Positions 12,192 through 22,907 of a stretch of 64,000 nucleotides of DNA are shown here, piece after piece. Where the stretch lies: contig RBZT01000480.1 of assembly GCA_003693705.1 (NCBI GenBank), forward strand, positions 22,702 to 86,701, read 5' to 3'. Source of the stretch: Polymyxa betae A26-41 (taxonomy: Eukaryota; Protista; Endomyxa: Phytomyxea). Every line of letters begins with the position of its first letter. Within the stretch, counting starts at the first letter, position 1. The notes beneath the pieces are model-generated. The model saw nothing but the letters and a program-made list of their open reading frames with translations, was not told where the DNA came from and did no database searches. Both the position numbers and the translations under genes were made by a program.

Positions 12192-12814
12192 TCAGAAAGC
12201 CAGTTGACATTTGCAGATATCGGCAGAATTCTTCACGCGAAAGCTCGTAATCGTAAGATATATCACAAGACACCAATTGCAATAAAATAATCACAAAATT
12301 GAGTTCACAAAATCGTGTAAGAATGGAAGCTATAAAAAGCGTTTCGAAAGCTCCAACTCACAAGAAGGTCTCTTTTAGATCCAAAAAAGGACAAAAGATG
12401 TACTGATATGTTCTGTAATCGGTCAGCGTAAAACCCTAAACCCTAATCATATTGTTGTTATTACGTTGTCATATTCTTAAAATCTACAACACCCTAAGCG
12501 ATCATAAATAAGCATTGGTCCTGAAAAGAAATCCTTCGTCTCAGCTTATCCTCGTTGCCGCAGGATAGGACAAGAATTCTGAAGTATTATAATGTTATAC
12601 GCTTGAACATGAGTCAATGTAGGAGACGTTCTGTGAGAGAATAAAAGAGAACGTTAAACAGAAGGTAAATATAAGCAAGCAAATCAGGAGAATTGCATGC
12701 TTCCCACAAAATCATTTTGGCATATCCATGTTGAACCTACTATGTAGATATATGGTTTATGGATGGTTTATAGAGCTGTGCAGAATCAGTACAGTCATGA
12801 TGAAGATGATAAAT

Positions 12815-13075
12815 TCATCTGAAACAACTAGATCGACGTCTTCTGGAGCTTCTAGGATAGGTGACCAATATGGCGGCAGTCGCAGCAGTGGCAAAAACCG
12901 AGAGGACATCGTGATCAACATGTTCGCTGGATGGTTGCAGGTTTGGAACAGGTGGAGGAGGCGGTATGCGAGCTTTCAGATCAGGAATCACGAATCTAGA
13001 CGAAATTTGGGAGGCATCACGAGCATTAGCAACAAGAAGAGCAGCAACGGTAAGGACGATGTATAGCGCGAGCAT
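12815..13075 (-). CDS. Small putative secreted proline-rich protein
   Basis: MLALYIVLTVAALLVANA signal-like start, poly-Pro (IPPPPPVP) and a second hydrophobic stretch. The 3' exon structure is uncertain. Confidence 0.45.
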   Translation of the reverse strand: MLALYIVLTVAALLVANARDASQISSRFVIPDLKARIPPPPPVPNLQPSSEHVDHDVLSVFATAATAAILVTYPRSSRRRRSSCFR

Positions 13076-13404
13076 TGTAAGGTTTGAAGGGGCCGATCTC
13101 ATCGGATGCTTGACCTCGGTTATCGCTTGGATTAATTTAAAGATCAAACGCGATGCGATTATGTAAGAATAGCACAATGATAAAGGCCATGCTGATTGAT
13201 TAAATGCTTTGCAATTGGATCTGGTACTAATCACTCGGTTTTCAGCTTTACGAATTAGCCCTCAGTCTATGTAGAACATTCATACGTGCAGTAGCAGGTT
13301 CCATTGCATCTCTGGATGTAAAACTGATTCGGCTTTTCTCTTAGATCCACAATACCGGAATGTGACGCAAGCGATAATAACCGGTTCATCAATTTTTGCT
13401 TTCA

Positions 13405-13626
13405 ATGTCGATATCGTCACATCTATCGCGAGACATGGTATCGGGTCGGTCATTAACCATCATCTACACGGTTCTTGTCGTAACTATGTCCATAACTAAT
13501 GTAATCGCAAGTTATGTCAGTACCGAATACGATCGTCTGCATCAGATCTCGAATACCGCTTTACTTATGGCCGAAAGTGGCGTCATTGTTTTGGCAGGAA
13601 TTGCCATTGCCCGGCTGCAGCGGTGA
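13405..13626 (+). CDS. Small two-TM membrane protein
   Basis: Short ORF with two hydrophobic segments (LTIIYTVLVVTMSITNVIA; ALLMAESGVIVLAGIAIA), divergent from the previous gene. Confidence 0.4.
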   Translation: MSISSHLSRDMVSGRSLTIIYTVLVVTMSITNVIASYVSTEYDRLHQISNTALLMAESGVIVLAGIAIARLQR

Positions 13627-14974
13627 GGTTATCGCCCCTATGGGTACGAAAAGCGTGACATGATGTATTCAGGGCTGATCTAGAATCGCAGCTGATGGAA
13701 GAGTCGGCCACCGCCTAACGAATGAAGAGTCGGTGTTTTAGCTTCAAAAGAATTGGGAACCCACGAATAACCGTCATATACAATAGCATTTAAAACATTC
13801 AGGATAGAAGCAGTGAATATCAAATATTTAAATTGATATGATTTATATACTTATGAACAATCAAATGCATGAAAACACCAAACCAATCGTACATCTTCAC
13901 ATTAGATTAATGGCCACCCGTAGATAGGCCTAATCCGAACAACGAGGATTTTCCCAGAAGCATGATTGAAGCGACTCTGAACACCATTGGGTTGGATTAT
14001 CTAGGTTATTGACTACATCAACATCTGATGCTTTTTACAACACCTCCATTTCCACAGGAGTTGTCAGGTCGATCAAATCAACAGCTAGGAACCGATGTCG
14101 GTTTAGTGTCTACATCTTGTTAAACTCATTGGAATCATAAAATAGTTATTTCGAAGACATTCACGGGCAGATTGGTCAAGTTTGGCTATACGAACATCCA
14201 GCTATGTTTCATCCCTGAAGAGAGCTTTAAGGAATACGTTATCACAGGTGCTTTATAGCGATTCAAAGAACAGCTATCGTGAACTCTGAAAGAGCTTACA
14301 ACATTGGATCCAGTTGGCGAATGACAGACATCTTACCGTAATCTGGCATGCTGAATCAAGCTCTACTCAGCTTCCTGTTGAATTGAACATAGCCATGATC
14401 TTCGAGCTGGAACAACGGCTCCCAAGGGTCGATTTAAATGTTCGAGAAGCAGAGCTGTCTCCAGGACAAAACGACGAATGGAATTTATCGCTTTCGTTGC
14501 CATTGGAAGTTATACAATCACCCAATGTTAGACAATCAATAACCTCATCATGATATTCAAAGCCAAAATTCCTAGAATGCTCATCGATCATTCAAAGCAA
14601 AGTCGAAGGGTTAACGCTTTGAATTGCATTGATAAGTTACGCTATGCCGGAATGTTTTGATGGTGGATGAGACAGTTAAAGCCCAGCGAAAAACACAGGC
14701 CTGATAGCCTGTATTTTACCAATGGACAGATTTCCACAGCCAAAGGGCAAATTTAAAGTCTTCAATGACGCTGTGGTTGGAGCTTAAGACATTCATGAGC
14801 AAATCTGTCACCAATGGAGAATGAGAGAAGCCACAACTCTGGTACCGGTAGCCGGTAGGTACTTGTTTTTGGCATCACGATCTTGTAAATAATTGGAGAG
14901 ATTTAGATAGTGCGGAGTGCGTCATATAAACTTGCTTTGGCCGAAGCCTGACTCTCATTCTCGCTATATATACC

Positions 14975-15789
14975 ATGTCTTCATCTTCCGTTGTAGCTCA
15001 GTCTTCGGATTTATACGAGGTCGATATTGATGATGAACCTCGTGATGATGAGGAGGACGTTGAGGCGATGAAGAGACGTGTCAGAGAGATGGAGGAGGAA
15101 GCGGCTAAAATCGAGGCCACCATTGCCGCAAACAATACCGAGGCAGACTCGTCGACATCACCATCTGGTGGTGCTGGATCTCAATCAGATCCAGATGCTC
15201 GATCTGTTTATGTTGGTAATGTTGATTATCAGGCAACCCCAGAAGAGTTGCAATCTTTTTTCCAGTCGTGTGGTGTCGTGAACCGAATCACCATCGTCTG
15301 CGATAAATTCACAGGTCATCCGAAAGGTTTTGCTTATGTTGAATTCAGCGATGCTGAAGCTGTTGCTAATGCCATGCTGCTGAATGAAACTGAGTTCAGG
15401 ACTCGAATTTTGAAGGTCAACTTATCAATTTTTTCTGCTATTTACTCAATTCTGTATGCAGATTTCACCCAAACGTACCAATGTTCCAGGATTTAGTCGT
15501 GGAGGCTCTGTAAGCAACTTAATAGTTTCACTTATTCGCATTGATCCGTTTCATTGTCTTATAAGCTTACACCGTGATTTCCTCGGACGAATCTTTTTTT
15601 ATAGTTTGTTGTTGAAGCTTCTGGCTGTTCATGAGCGATGGAAATCTAATCATGCTAACTCGCTTTCGCTAATATTTAACTCAGCGGCGGTTTGCTGGTG
15701 GACGACGACGAGGCCGATTCCCTCCATCTTATGGTCGTTTCCGTGGTGGAAGAGGTCGAGGTCGTGGTTCACATCCATACTATTCCTAG
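14975..15789 (+). CDS. PABPN1: Nuclear polyadenylate-binding protein (PABP2/PABPN1)
   Basis: Acidic N-terminus, coiled coil EAMKRRVREMEEEAAKI, RRM (RSVYVGNVDY, HPKGFAYVEF), PKRTNVPG and an RG-rich tail ending HPYYS. Introns ~15417-15461 and ~15510-15684. Confidence 0.95.
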
Positions 15790-16275
15790 AAATATACTCT
15801 GCATTATCTGTTTTAATTTCAAGTCATTGCAAACCACTGCTAAGATGTATGAAAGAGAATACGAATTCCACAAAATATCAACGAAAAAAATGCTCTTGAA
15901 GCGCAACTTAACGAAATGATTGTGGATGATGCCTACAATAGAAAATGTTTGTTTGCCAAAAAATATGAAACAATATATTTTTCGAGAACTATTAATGCAT
16001 CACTGATGAATTGTTCCAAAAACTGTAAGTGTAATAATATAAATAAATCAGAACTCACCACTTTGTGCCTATGTTTGTATAAACTGCACGTCTCCAGCCT
16101 TCCTGTTCTTTTTCATCAACATGGGATTGCTATTCTACTACATCGGTGTAATGTTACAGGTGGAGATCCTGCCTATTTATAACTCATAGTATTAACTGAT
16201 AGGGTTTAGTCGCGTGGCCTCATCTCTCAGTACCTCTATATTAGGTGTGATGACTCAGATCTTGTTCAGTCGGTC

Positions 16276-18641
16276 ATGTCCAATAACGAACTGAATCCCA
16301 GTTCTATTTCTGAGGCTGAATTCACACATTTAATCTCTGTACCAACACCAGATCCTATCTCCGCCCAAACTGAACGTGATCGTTTCCATCAGTTCGTCAT
16401 CAGCAATGTCACCCGGCATCGTCTCCTATACAGCCGACAGCTGGGAATCATGGCTAGCACCGATCTCGATCTTGTCTTGCAGGCTCTGCTTCCGCTAGCT
16501 ACCGATTCTGATCATCAGGTTCGAGTTAGTGCTTGCTCTGATTTGGCTGATATATATCGAGCTGGCATCTTGCAAAATCTGCATGATGTGGTACTTGGCG
16601 CTCTGGTAAAAGTCTTACAGATTGCTTTATTAGATGAATCTGGTGATTTGAGATGGACAGCTATGGATTCTGTAGTATCAATGATACCAATGATGTCACA
16701 ATCAAAGATCAATCAGGTTATCATACCTATAACCGATCAGATGTGGAACCAGCCAATCAGTGATGAAATACGAGCTAATGCTGTCACTCTTTTATATCGT
16801 TTAATGCCATGGCTATCTACCCATCAAGTTGAAAGAATACGACAGCAGACTGCATTTTGGTCTAAAGATCAATCGTTTCGGGTTCGTAAAGCAGTAGCCC
16901 GATATATCTTTGAGGTCGGCGATGAGTTTTTGCCAATAGCTGAGAGTCTATCTCGAGATCCGATATGGTCTGTTCGACAAGCTATCGTTCAAGGTCTCAT
17001 ACAATCTCTGCAGAGAATCGAATCGCCTGCTCTTAGACAGGAATTTCTAATCCCTCAAATGAAACGAGCTTGTGCTGATATATCGAGATGGGTGCGAAAA
17101 GACTCGCACGAAGTTCTCGGCGCTTTCTTATTCCATTTGGATCCCGATCAGATCGATGATGAGCTTCTCTCATTATTCACATCTCTACCAGGATTATCGC
17201 AAGACGCTGCTGATAATGACGATCACTTTGCTTGTGCATATCATTTTCCAGCAGTAACTGCCCGGTTGGGAAGATCACGTTGGTCTGATCTATCATCAAG
17301 TTATATGCTGTTATGTCGTAATCCGACATTTAAAGTTCGAAGGTCGTTAGCATACTCTATATGCGAAGTTGGACGAGTTGTTGGGCCTGAAATCACAGAT
17401 AGGGATCTACTTCCTATCTTTGAGCTTTTTTTCAAAGACCTTGATGAAGTTCGACAAGGCATCATCGATAATCTGTCCGATTTTCTTTCTTGTATGTCGT
17501 TGAGATCCCGATTGACGTACACAGATTTATTATGGGATATTCAGAGAGAAGCATCAAGACAATGGAGGTATTGTAGTTCTTGCCTTTTACTAAGACTATC
17601 TCAGTCTTTCTCACTCAATTTCATGGTTCACAAAGGTTTATTTAAGTTTAGTTCACTCTTCCATTCCCACACCTGTCGTGGTTTGAAAAATCGTTAAGCG
17701 CTTCAATGTTATATACAATTTGAGCGATACCAGCTGTGCTTTGATGGTTTCTTTTTGTTTTACCACTAACTTTTTATGCAGGTATAGGGCTTCAATAGCA
17801 TCTCAATTGGTCCGACTTTCTGACCTTTTCCCAATCGACACTGTGTGTACCCGTTTGCTACCACTAGCCCTGTACGACGATTTGGTTTCACTCGTTGTTT
17901 CATATAGCCTACTTTAGCACTCATTTTGTGTTTTTCATGCGGTTTTAGATAGTTATTACCTCAACAGCCATTTCTCTTCAAGTGAACGTCAATGAACAGG
18001 ACGCTAATGCGTGATCGTGTCGCGCACGTTCGCAAGATTGCTGTTCAATCGATCGGTAATCTTCTGCGAGTCGTTCAGGGTCCAGCTCCTGGCGCATTCG
18101 ATGAGCTTCTGGTCGAATGCTTAAGCCTGTCTACGGCTGAATCTTGCCATGATAGGCAACTGTAATAGGAAGTGTTTCTCCACATTGTCAAACTGATGGT
18201 TTCCAGATTTCTCCTTTTATGTCAGTCGTTGCTGTACACTATTCAGCTGCCTTTGTACCGACAATTTTTTCTGGCTCCTTTTGTCGCTCTAGCACACGAT
18301 CGCGTCATAAACGTTCGGCGGCTTTTGGCTCGTATAATATTCGAATTGCCAGGTTGAATGCCGAAACTGTTACCCGTTCGATTATTGATGCTAACACAGT
18401 TGATCATGCAATACGCTCTGATCCGGATGTAGCTCTTGCCATGAGATATCTCCATTCAGCTGAACAGGTGCCTCGCCTATCATATCCATCATCACCCTCA
18501 GTGCAGCTACCACTAGCAATAGCAGGCCTGGAGCCGGTAAAATCTGCCGTTGAGGAAGTTGATGCAGACGTAAGATCAGATGACGTCAAGGGATCTGGTG
18601 AATTCGTTCAGGATTCTGGCCCCTTCAGCGTCAGTGTATAG
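16276..18641 (+). CDS. PPP4R1: Ser/Thr protein phosphatase 4 regulatory subunit 1 (HEAT repeats), multi-exon
   Basis: HEAT repeats (D..FRVRKAVA, DPIWSVRQ, DISRWVRK) and the PP4R1-type block CAYHFPAVTARLGRSRW...KVRRSLAYSICEVGRVVG...DLLPIFELFFKDLDEVRQG. Later exons include DRVAHVR and DRVINVR. Confidence 0.88.
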
Positions 18642-18945
18642 TTCAATGTTAATATTCTAGTATAAACCTATCCATCGAAATGACTAACTCCAACATTTTG
18701 TCCAAATGCTGGTAGGCAAACAGGAATGATAAAACCAAATTTTGAGACATTCAAGTTTCGCATGAAGCTTTTCCTGTCACTCCTTTGTTCACTATGGCAA
18801 AAGTTCAGGTCCTCACTGTCAACTCGACTTAAAACTTTGGTTTGCACTGCACAAATGCTGTTAACAAGTTTTGATGAATTTTTTGTGAGTACAGTAGGAT
18901 AATCTAAATTTCATGTTTTGTTTATTTGACACTCTGAAATCGTTT

Positions 18946-20355
18946 CTAGACGTCACTGGGTGTTTTCTTTGAATTCATCTCAATCGGTGCTTTAATATTC
19001 TCTGGAATAAACGAAACCACTTTTTCATAAAATTTCTTCACAGCATCAAGTTCTGAAACATAGTACATGACAACACCAAGCAAGATGATACTGATCGCTA
19101 TTGAAGATGGCAGCCAATCTTTCAACGTAACGACAGTAACTGCAACCGAGAAAAGCACAAAGAATGCAGGCAAAACCGGGTATAAGTGAATCCTGTATGG
19201 ACGGGCCAGATTGGGATAGCGAGAACGCAACACAAATAGTGCAATACCAACTAGAATAAACACGGACCATTGCCCGACAGTATAGATTGTGACAGCCATA
19301 CTGACTGCTTCTTCCGGATTCAGGCTAAGAAGTAGCAGTTGAATACATGTCCAGATAGTGAAAAACACGACGGAAACTGCAGGAACTTTGTGTCTTCTAG
19401 TCTCAAATCCTAATATAGCAGGAAGAACTCCATCACGACCATTTCCTTGGATACATCGTGCAGTACCCATCATTATACCATTACAAGCGCCTAGACAACA
19501 GAAAGAGATTAAAGTGCAGAGGACAGGTTTAAGACCCGGTAATAGGGCCGCAGCAAATGGTCCAGCTAACGATGAAGAGCTTTTCACAAGGATTTGGAGA
19601 GGCAGAACTATATAGAAAGCAAGATTGACCAAGATAGCCAATACCATGGTGAGACCCAAACCAGATAGGTAGACTTTTGGGATATTCTTCTCTGGCTCTG
19701 CCATGTTCTCAGCTAACGGGTTTAAGAAATTCCATCCACCCAGAGCGAAGGCAGCTACCATTACTGCTTCCCCAAATCCAGTCCACTTCTGAAAGCTAAG
19801 GGGTTCAAGGATGAAGGCTTGTGAAGAGACCTGCCCCATAGACATGGCATAAAATCCTCCAGCTACAACTGTCAAAACAGCTAATGCCTTACAGCAAACA
19901 TTGAATCGATTCAGCATGAGAACGTAGCTTGGATTGATTAGATTCACAAAACACAATAAAGCCATGACGACGATTGATGTCAAATTAGCAAACAGATGGT
20001 TGTCGTGATCATAAAAGATAGCCCAGAGATAACCAGCCATTACTCGAGATATAATAGCACATGCTGTAGACCCGATAATCATAGTCACCGTCCATGCGAA
20101 TATAAACGACACAGATGGTCCGAATGCTTTTCTAAAATAAAGCGATTCAGCACTGGATGAGACTAATGAGGTGCCAAGCTCAGCATAAACAAGAGAACCT
20201 GCCATAGAGATGACACCGGCGACGATCCATGCTGCTATGGCCATATACGGATTCAAAGTAGAGCGTGCTGCTATAGCTGGAGCGAAGAATAGACCAGAAC
20301 CAATCGTACAGCTGAGTACGAAGACAATACCATCGAATACGCCAACACGCAGCAT
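18946..20355 (-). CDS. APC-superfamily (LAT/SLC7-like) amino-acid permease, intronless
   Basis: About 12 TM segments. Motifs IGSGLFFAP, VYAELGT, FALGGWN, PEKNIPK and RPYRIHLYPVLP. Confidence 0.92.
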   Translation of the reverse strand: MLRVGVFDGIVFVLSCTIGSGLFFAPAIAARSTLNPYMAIAAWIVAGVISMAGSLVYAELGTSLVSSSAESLYFRKAFGPSVSFIFAWTVTMIIGSTACAIISRVMAGYLWAIFYDHDNHLFANLTSIVVMALLCFVNLINPSYVLMLNRFNVCCKALAVLTVVAGGFYAMSMGQVSSQAFILEPLSFQKWTGFGEAVMVAAFALGGWNFLNPLAENMAEPEKNIPKVYLSGLGLTMVLAILVNLAFYIVLPLQILVKSSSSLAGPFAAALLPGLKPVLCTLISFCCLGACNGIMMGTARCIQGNGRDGVLPAILGFETRRHKVPAVSVVFFTIWTCIQLLLLSLNPEEAVSMAVTIYTVGQWSVFILVGIALFVLRSRYPNLARPYRIHLYPVLPAFFVLFSVAVTVVTLKDWLPSSIAISIILLGVVMYYVSELDAVKKFYEKVVSFIPENIKAPIEMNSKKTPSDV

Positions 20356-20705
20356 GATTGAATATGGCTATTATTAGAAATGAAGAGGGCTCTGTATAAA
20401 GCACTTATGAGATTCAGCTTATAACACGGCCATACAATAACCATACACTGACCGATACAATACAACATAACTCGGTCATATCTCTCTCTATATCTGTAAT
20501 CTATACTTAACAAGCTTTGTTTAGATAGTCACAACCCAAATCTTACATCGAACAGGTTGGCGAATGGCGAGGCAGTTATGGGTCGCAATCGAAAGATGGA
20601 CCCTGAAACGGATTCAAGCATTGCCAAGCAATCTAATCAACATAAAAGTTTTCTATCGATAATTAGTTTTCACATTGACAAGTAATAAACCGACACATTT
20701 TATTT

Positions 20706-22193
20706 TCAACCTTCTGGTTGCATTGTTGACTTGGTCATCTCAACGGGTTTGTTTGCTTGGTTCTGACCAGAATCAGGAACGAACGATGCCATTTTGAAGT
20801 ATATACTCCTGAATTCGTCGATCTTCGAAGCGCAGAATAAAGCAGCGCCAAACGCAATGATGCCCACAGCGATGACACCGGCTACCCACTCATCGTTTTT
20901 ATAAAATGCCATGACGACGATGAATCCAGCAACTAGAATAAAGAAGGCAGGGAATACTGGGTACAGAAACACTTTGTAGGGTCGCTTCATGTTTGGATAT
21001 TTGTAGCGAAGAACGAATAGGGAGAGACCAACCAAGAAGAAGAAACTCCACTGACCAACCGTGTACATGTTGACAACGAATGCGATTGCTCGATCAGGAT
21101 TCATGGACAAAATGAAGATGAGCATGGATGTCCAAAGACTGAAGAATACAACCGAGATGAAAGGAACTTGGTGCTTCTTGGAGGTGACACCGAAAACACC
21201 AGGAAGGACGCCTTCGCGACCATTTGCAGCGATACACTTGGAGGTTCCCATCATGATTCCATTGCATGAACCAAGACAGCAAAAGCAGATCAATGTGTTC
21301 AACATGATTCGGAAAAGGTTGTACACGACACCATCTACAAATAAGGCTTTAGCCAAAGGAGTGGCTAGCTTTTGTGTTTTGTAGAAGGGAACTTGATCAA
21401 TACCAGCATAGAAAGCAATATTGACAAGTAAAGCAAGGATCATGGTGGCGATCATGCCCAGAGAATAAACCTTCGGAACGTCTTTAGCTGGGTTGGACAT
21501 ATCTTCTATAAGAGGGTTCAACATGTTCCATCCAGAAAGAGCAAAGCAGGCGTACATGATAGCAGAACCAAACTTATCAAATTTAGCTTCAGACAATGGC
21601 GCCTGACTGATGAATGGTTTCTGTTGGAAGCCACCGAAAAAGGCAGTGAAGCCAGAGACAATGACAATAACGACAGCGAGAACCTTGCAGATAACATTGA
21701 ATCGATTCAGCAAGAGGATGTAGTTCGGGTTGACTAAGTTCACGAGGCAGAGGAATGCCATCACTGAGAGAGCGACTATACAGATTATCGCTGGGTCTGT
21801 ACAATTAAAGCTGTCGGTGAAGTATTGTGCAAGAACCCATGAGATACAAGCACATGCAGTTGGACCAATGATAGTGCTCATAGTCCATGAGAACGTGAAT
21901 GACACAGCAGGACCGAAAGCTTTCTCCAGATAACAGGCTTCAGCACTAGCAGATACCAAAGAGGTACCCAATTCTGAATATACCAGAGATCCAGCTAGCG
22001 ATAGAACACCAGCAATAAGCCATGCAAGCAAAGAGAGCCATGGATCACGTACAGCCTCAGACGATTCCGATGGAGAAAAGAATAGCCCAGATCCGATAGT
22101 ACATGATAGAACGAAGACAACTCCGTCAGCAATGCCGATACCCTTTTTAGCAGGTGGAGCTTGGGGAGTCGCATCAACCTTTACGAAGTCCAT
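20706..22193 (-). CDS. APC-superfamily amino-acid permease, tandem paralogue, intronless
   Basis: Same motifs (IGSGLFFSP, VYSELGT, FALSGWN, RPYKVFLYPVFP) and collinear similarity to 18946-20355. Confidence 0.92.
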   Translation of the reverse strand: MDFVKVDATPQAPPAKKGIGIADGVVFVLSCTIGSGLFFSPSESSEAVRDPWLSLLAWLIAGVLSLAGSLVYSELGTSLVSASAEACYLEKAFGPAVSFTFSWTMSTIIGPTACACISWVLAQYFTDSFNCTDPAIICIVALSVMAFLCLVNLVNPNYILLLNRFNVICKVLAVVIVIVSGFTAFFGGFQQKPFISQAPLSEAKFDKFGSAIMYACFALSGWNMLNPLIEDMSNPAKDVPKVYSLGMIATMILALLVNIAFYAGIDQVPFYKTQKLATPLAKALFVDGVVYNLFRIMLNTLICFCCLGSCNGIMMGTSKCIAANGREGVLPGVFGVTSKKHQVPFISVVFFSLWTSMLIFILSMNPDRAIAFVVNMYTVGQWSFFFLVGLSLFVLRYKYPNMKRPYKVFLYPVFPAFFILVAGFIVVMAFYKNDEWVAGVIAVGIIAFGAALFCASKIDEFRSIYFKMASFVPDSGQNQANKPVEMTKSTMQPEG

Positions 22194-22907
22194 ATTATCG
22201 TACTTGGCTTGGATAGATATGAGTTGGGAATAAATATGGGTTTGGAGCTGTTGATATTAATTGAATAATATCGGTATGACCACGGGGAGTGCATGTGGGC
22301 GCAGAACGAGGACTCCGACATCAGGGCCAGCTAGTCGGTCTAGACTGTAGAGCCGACGGAGTTTGCGAGGCGGCCTGACCCGACATCACATCCATGTCAC
22401 ATTAGGACCGAAGATAGATTAACAACCACTGGGAATACTGTCATGAATACGGACATTGATACAGTGCCATAGTCATGGACAAGTGCAGAAATAGGCTCCC
22501 ATGTATCCATACAGTACGAGCGAACGCCCTCACATGGTCACTTTCGCCAAATCCGGCTTCAAACAGGCATATATTGGGCAGTATCCAATTCCTATCTCCG
22601 ACTAATCAGGGATTAGTCTCTTACTAATCTCTGACTGTAATCACAACTGATATTGATTAATCGCACCATGACTAATTTCTGGAATAATCACTCAGGTACA
22701 TGCAAAGATACTAGTCAATCCTGTTAGATTGTTTGCTAGTCATTAGCGTTTGAACGTCATGGGCTTACTGTACACAGAGGACTCATGTTTGGGGTAAGAT
22801 ATGAGATATTGTCGATATTTTAATACATTAATTAAATAAATAAAGATGAGATTGCAATGTACAGATGAAAGCAATTTTCAACCCATAGATAATGGATGTA
22901 CAATTCA

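Noticed and set aside
17575-17630. U5 snRNA gene
   Set aside because: Only the loop-1 word matches. The 5' half would lie in coding exon, and the IL2 CCG and a proper Sm site are missing.
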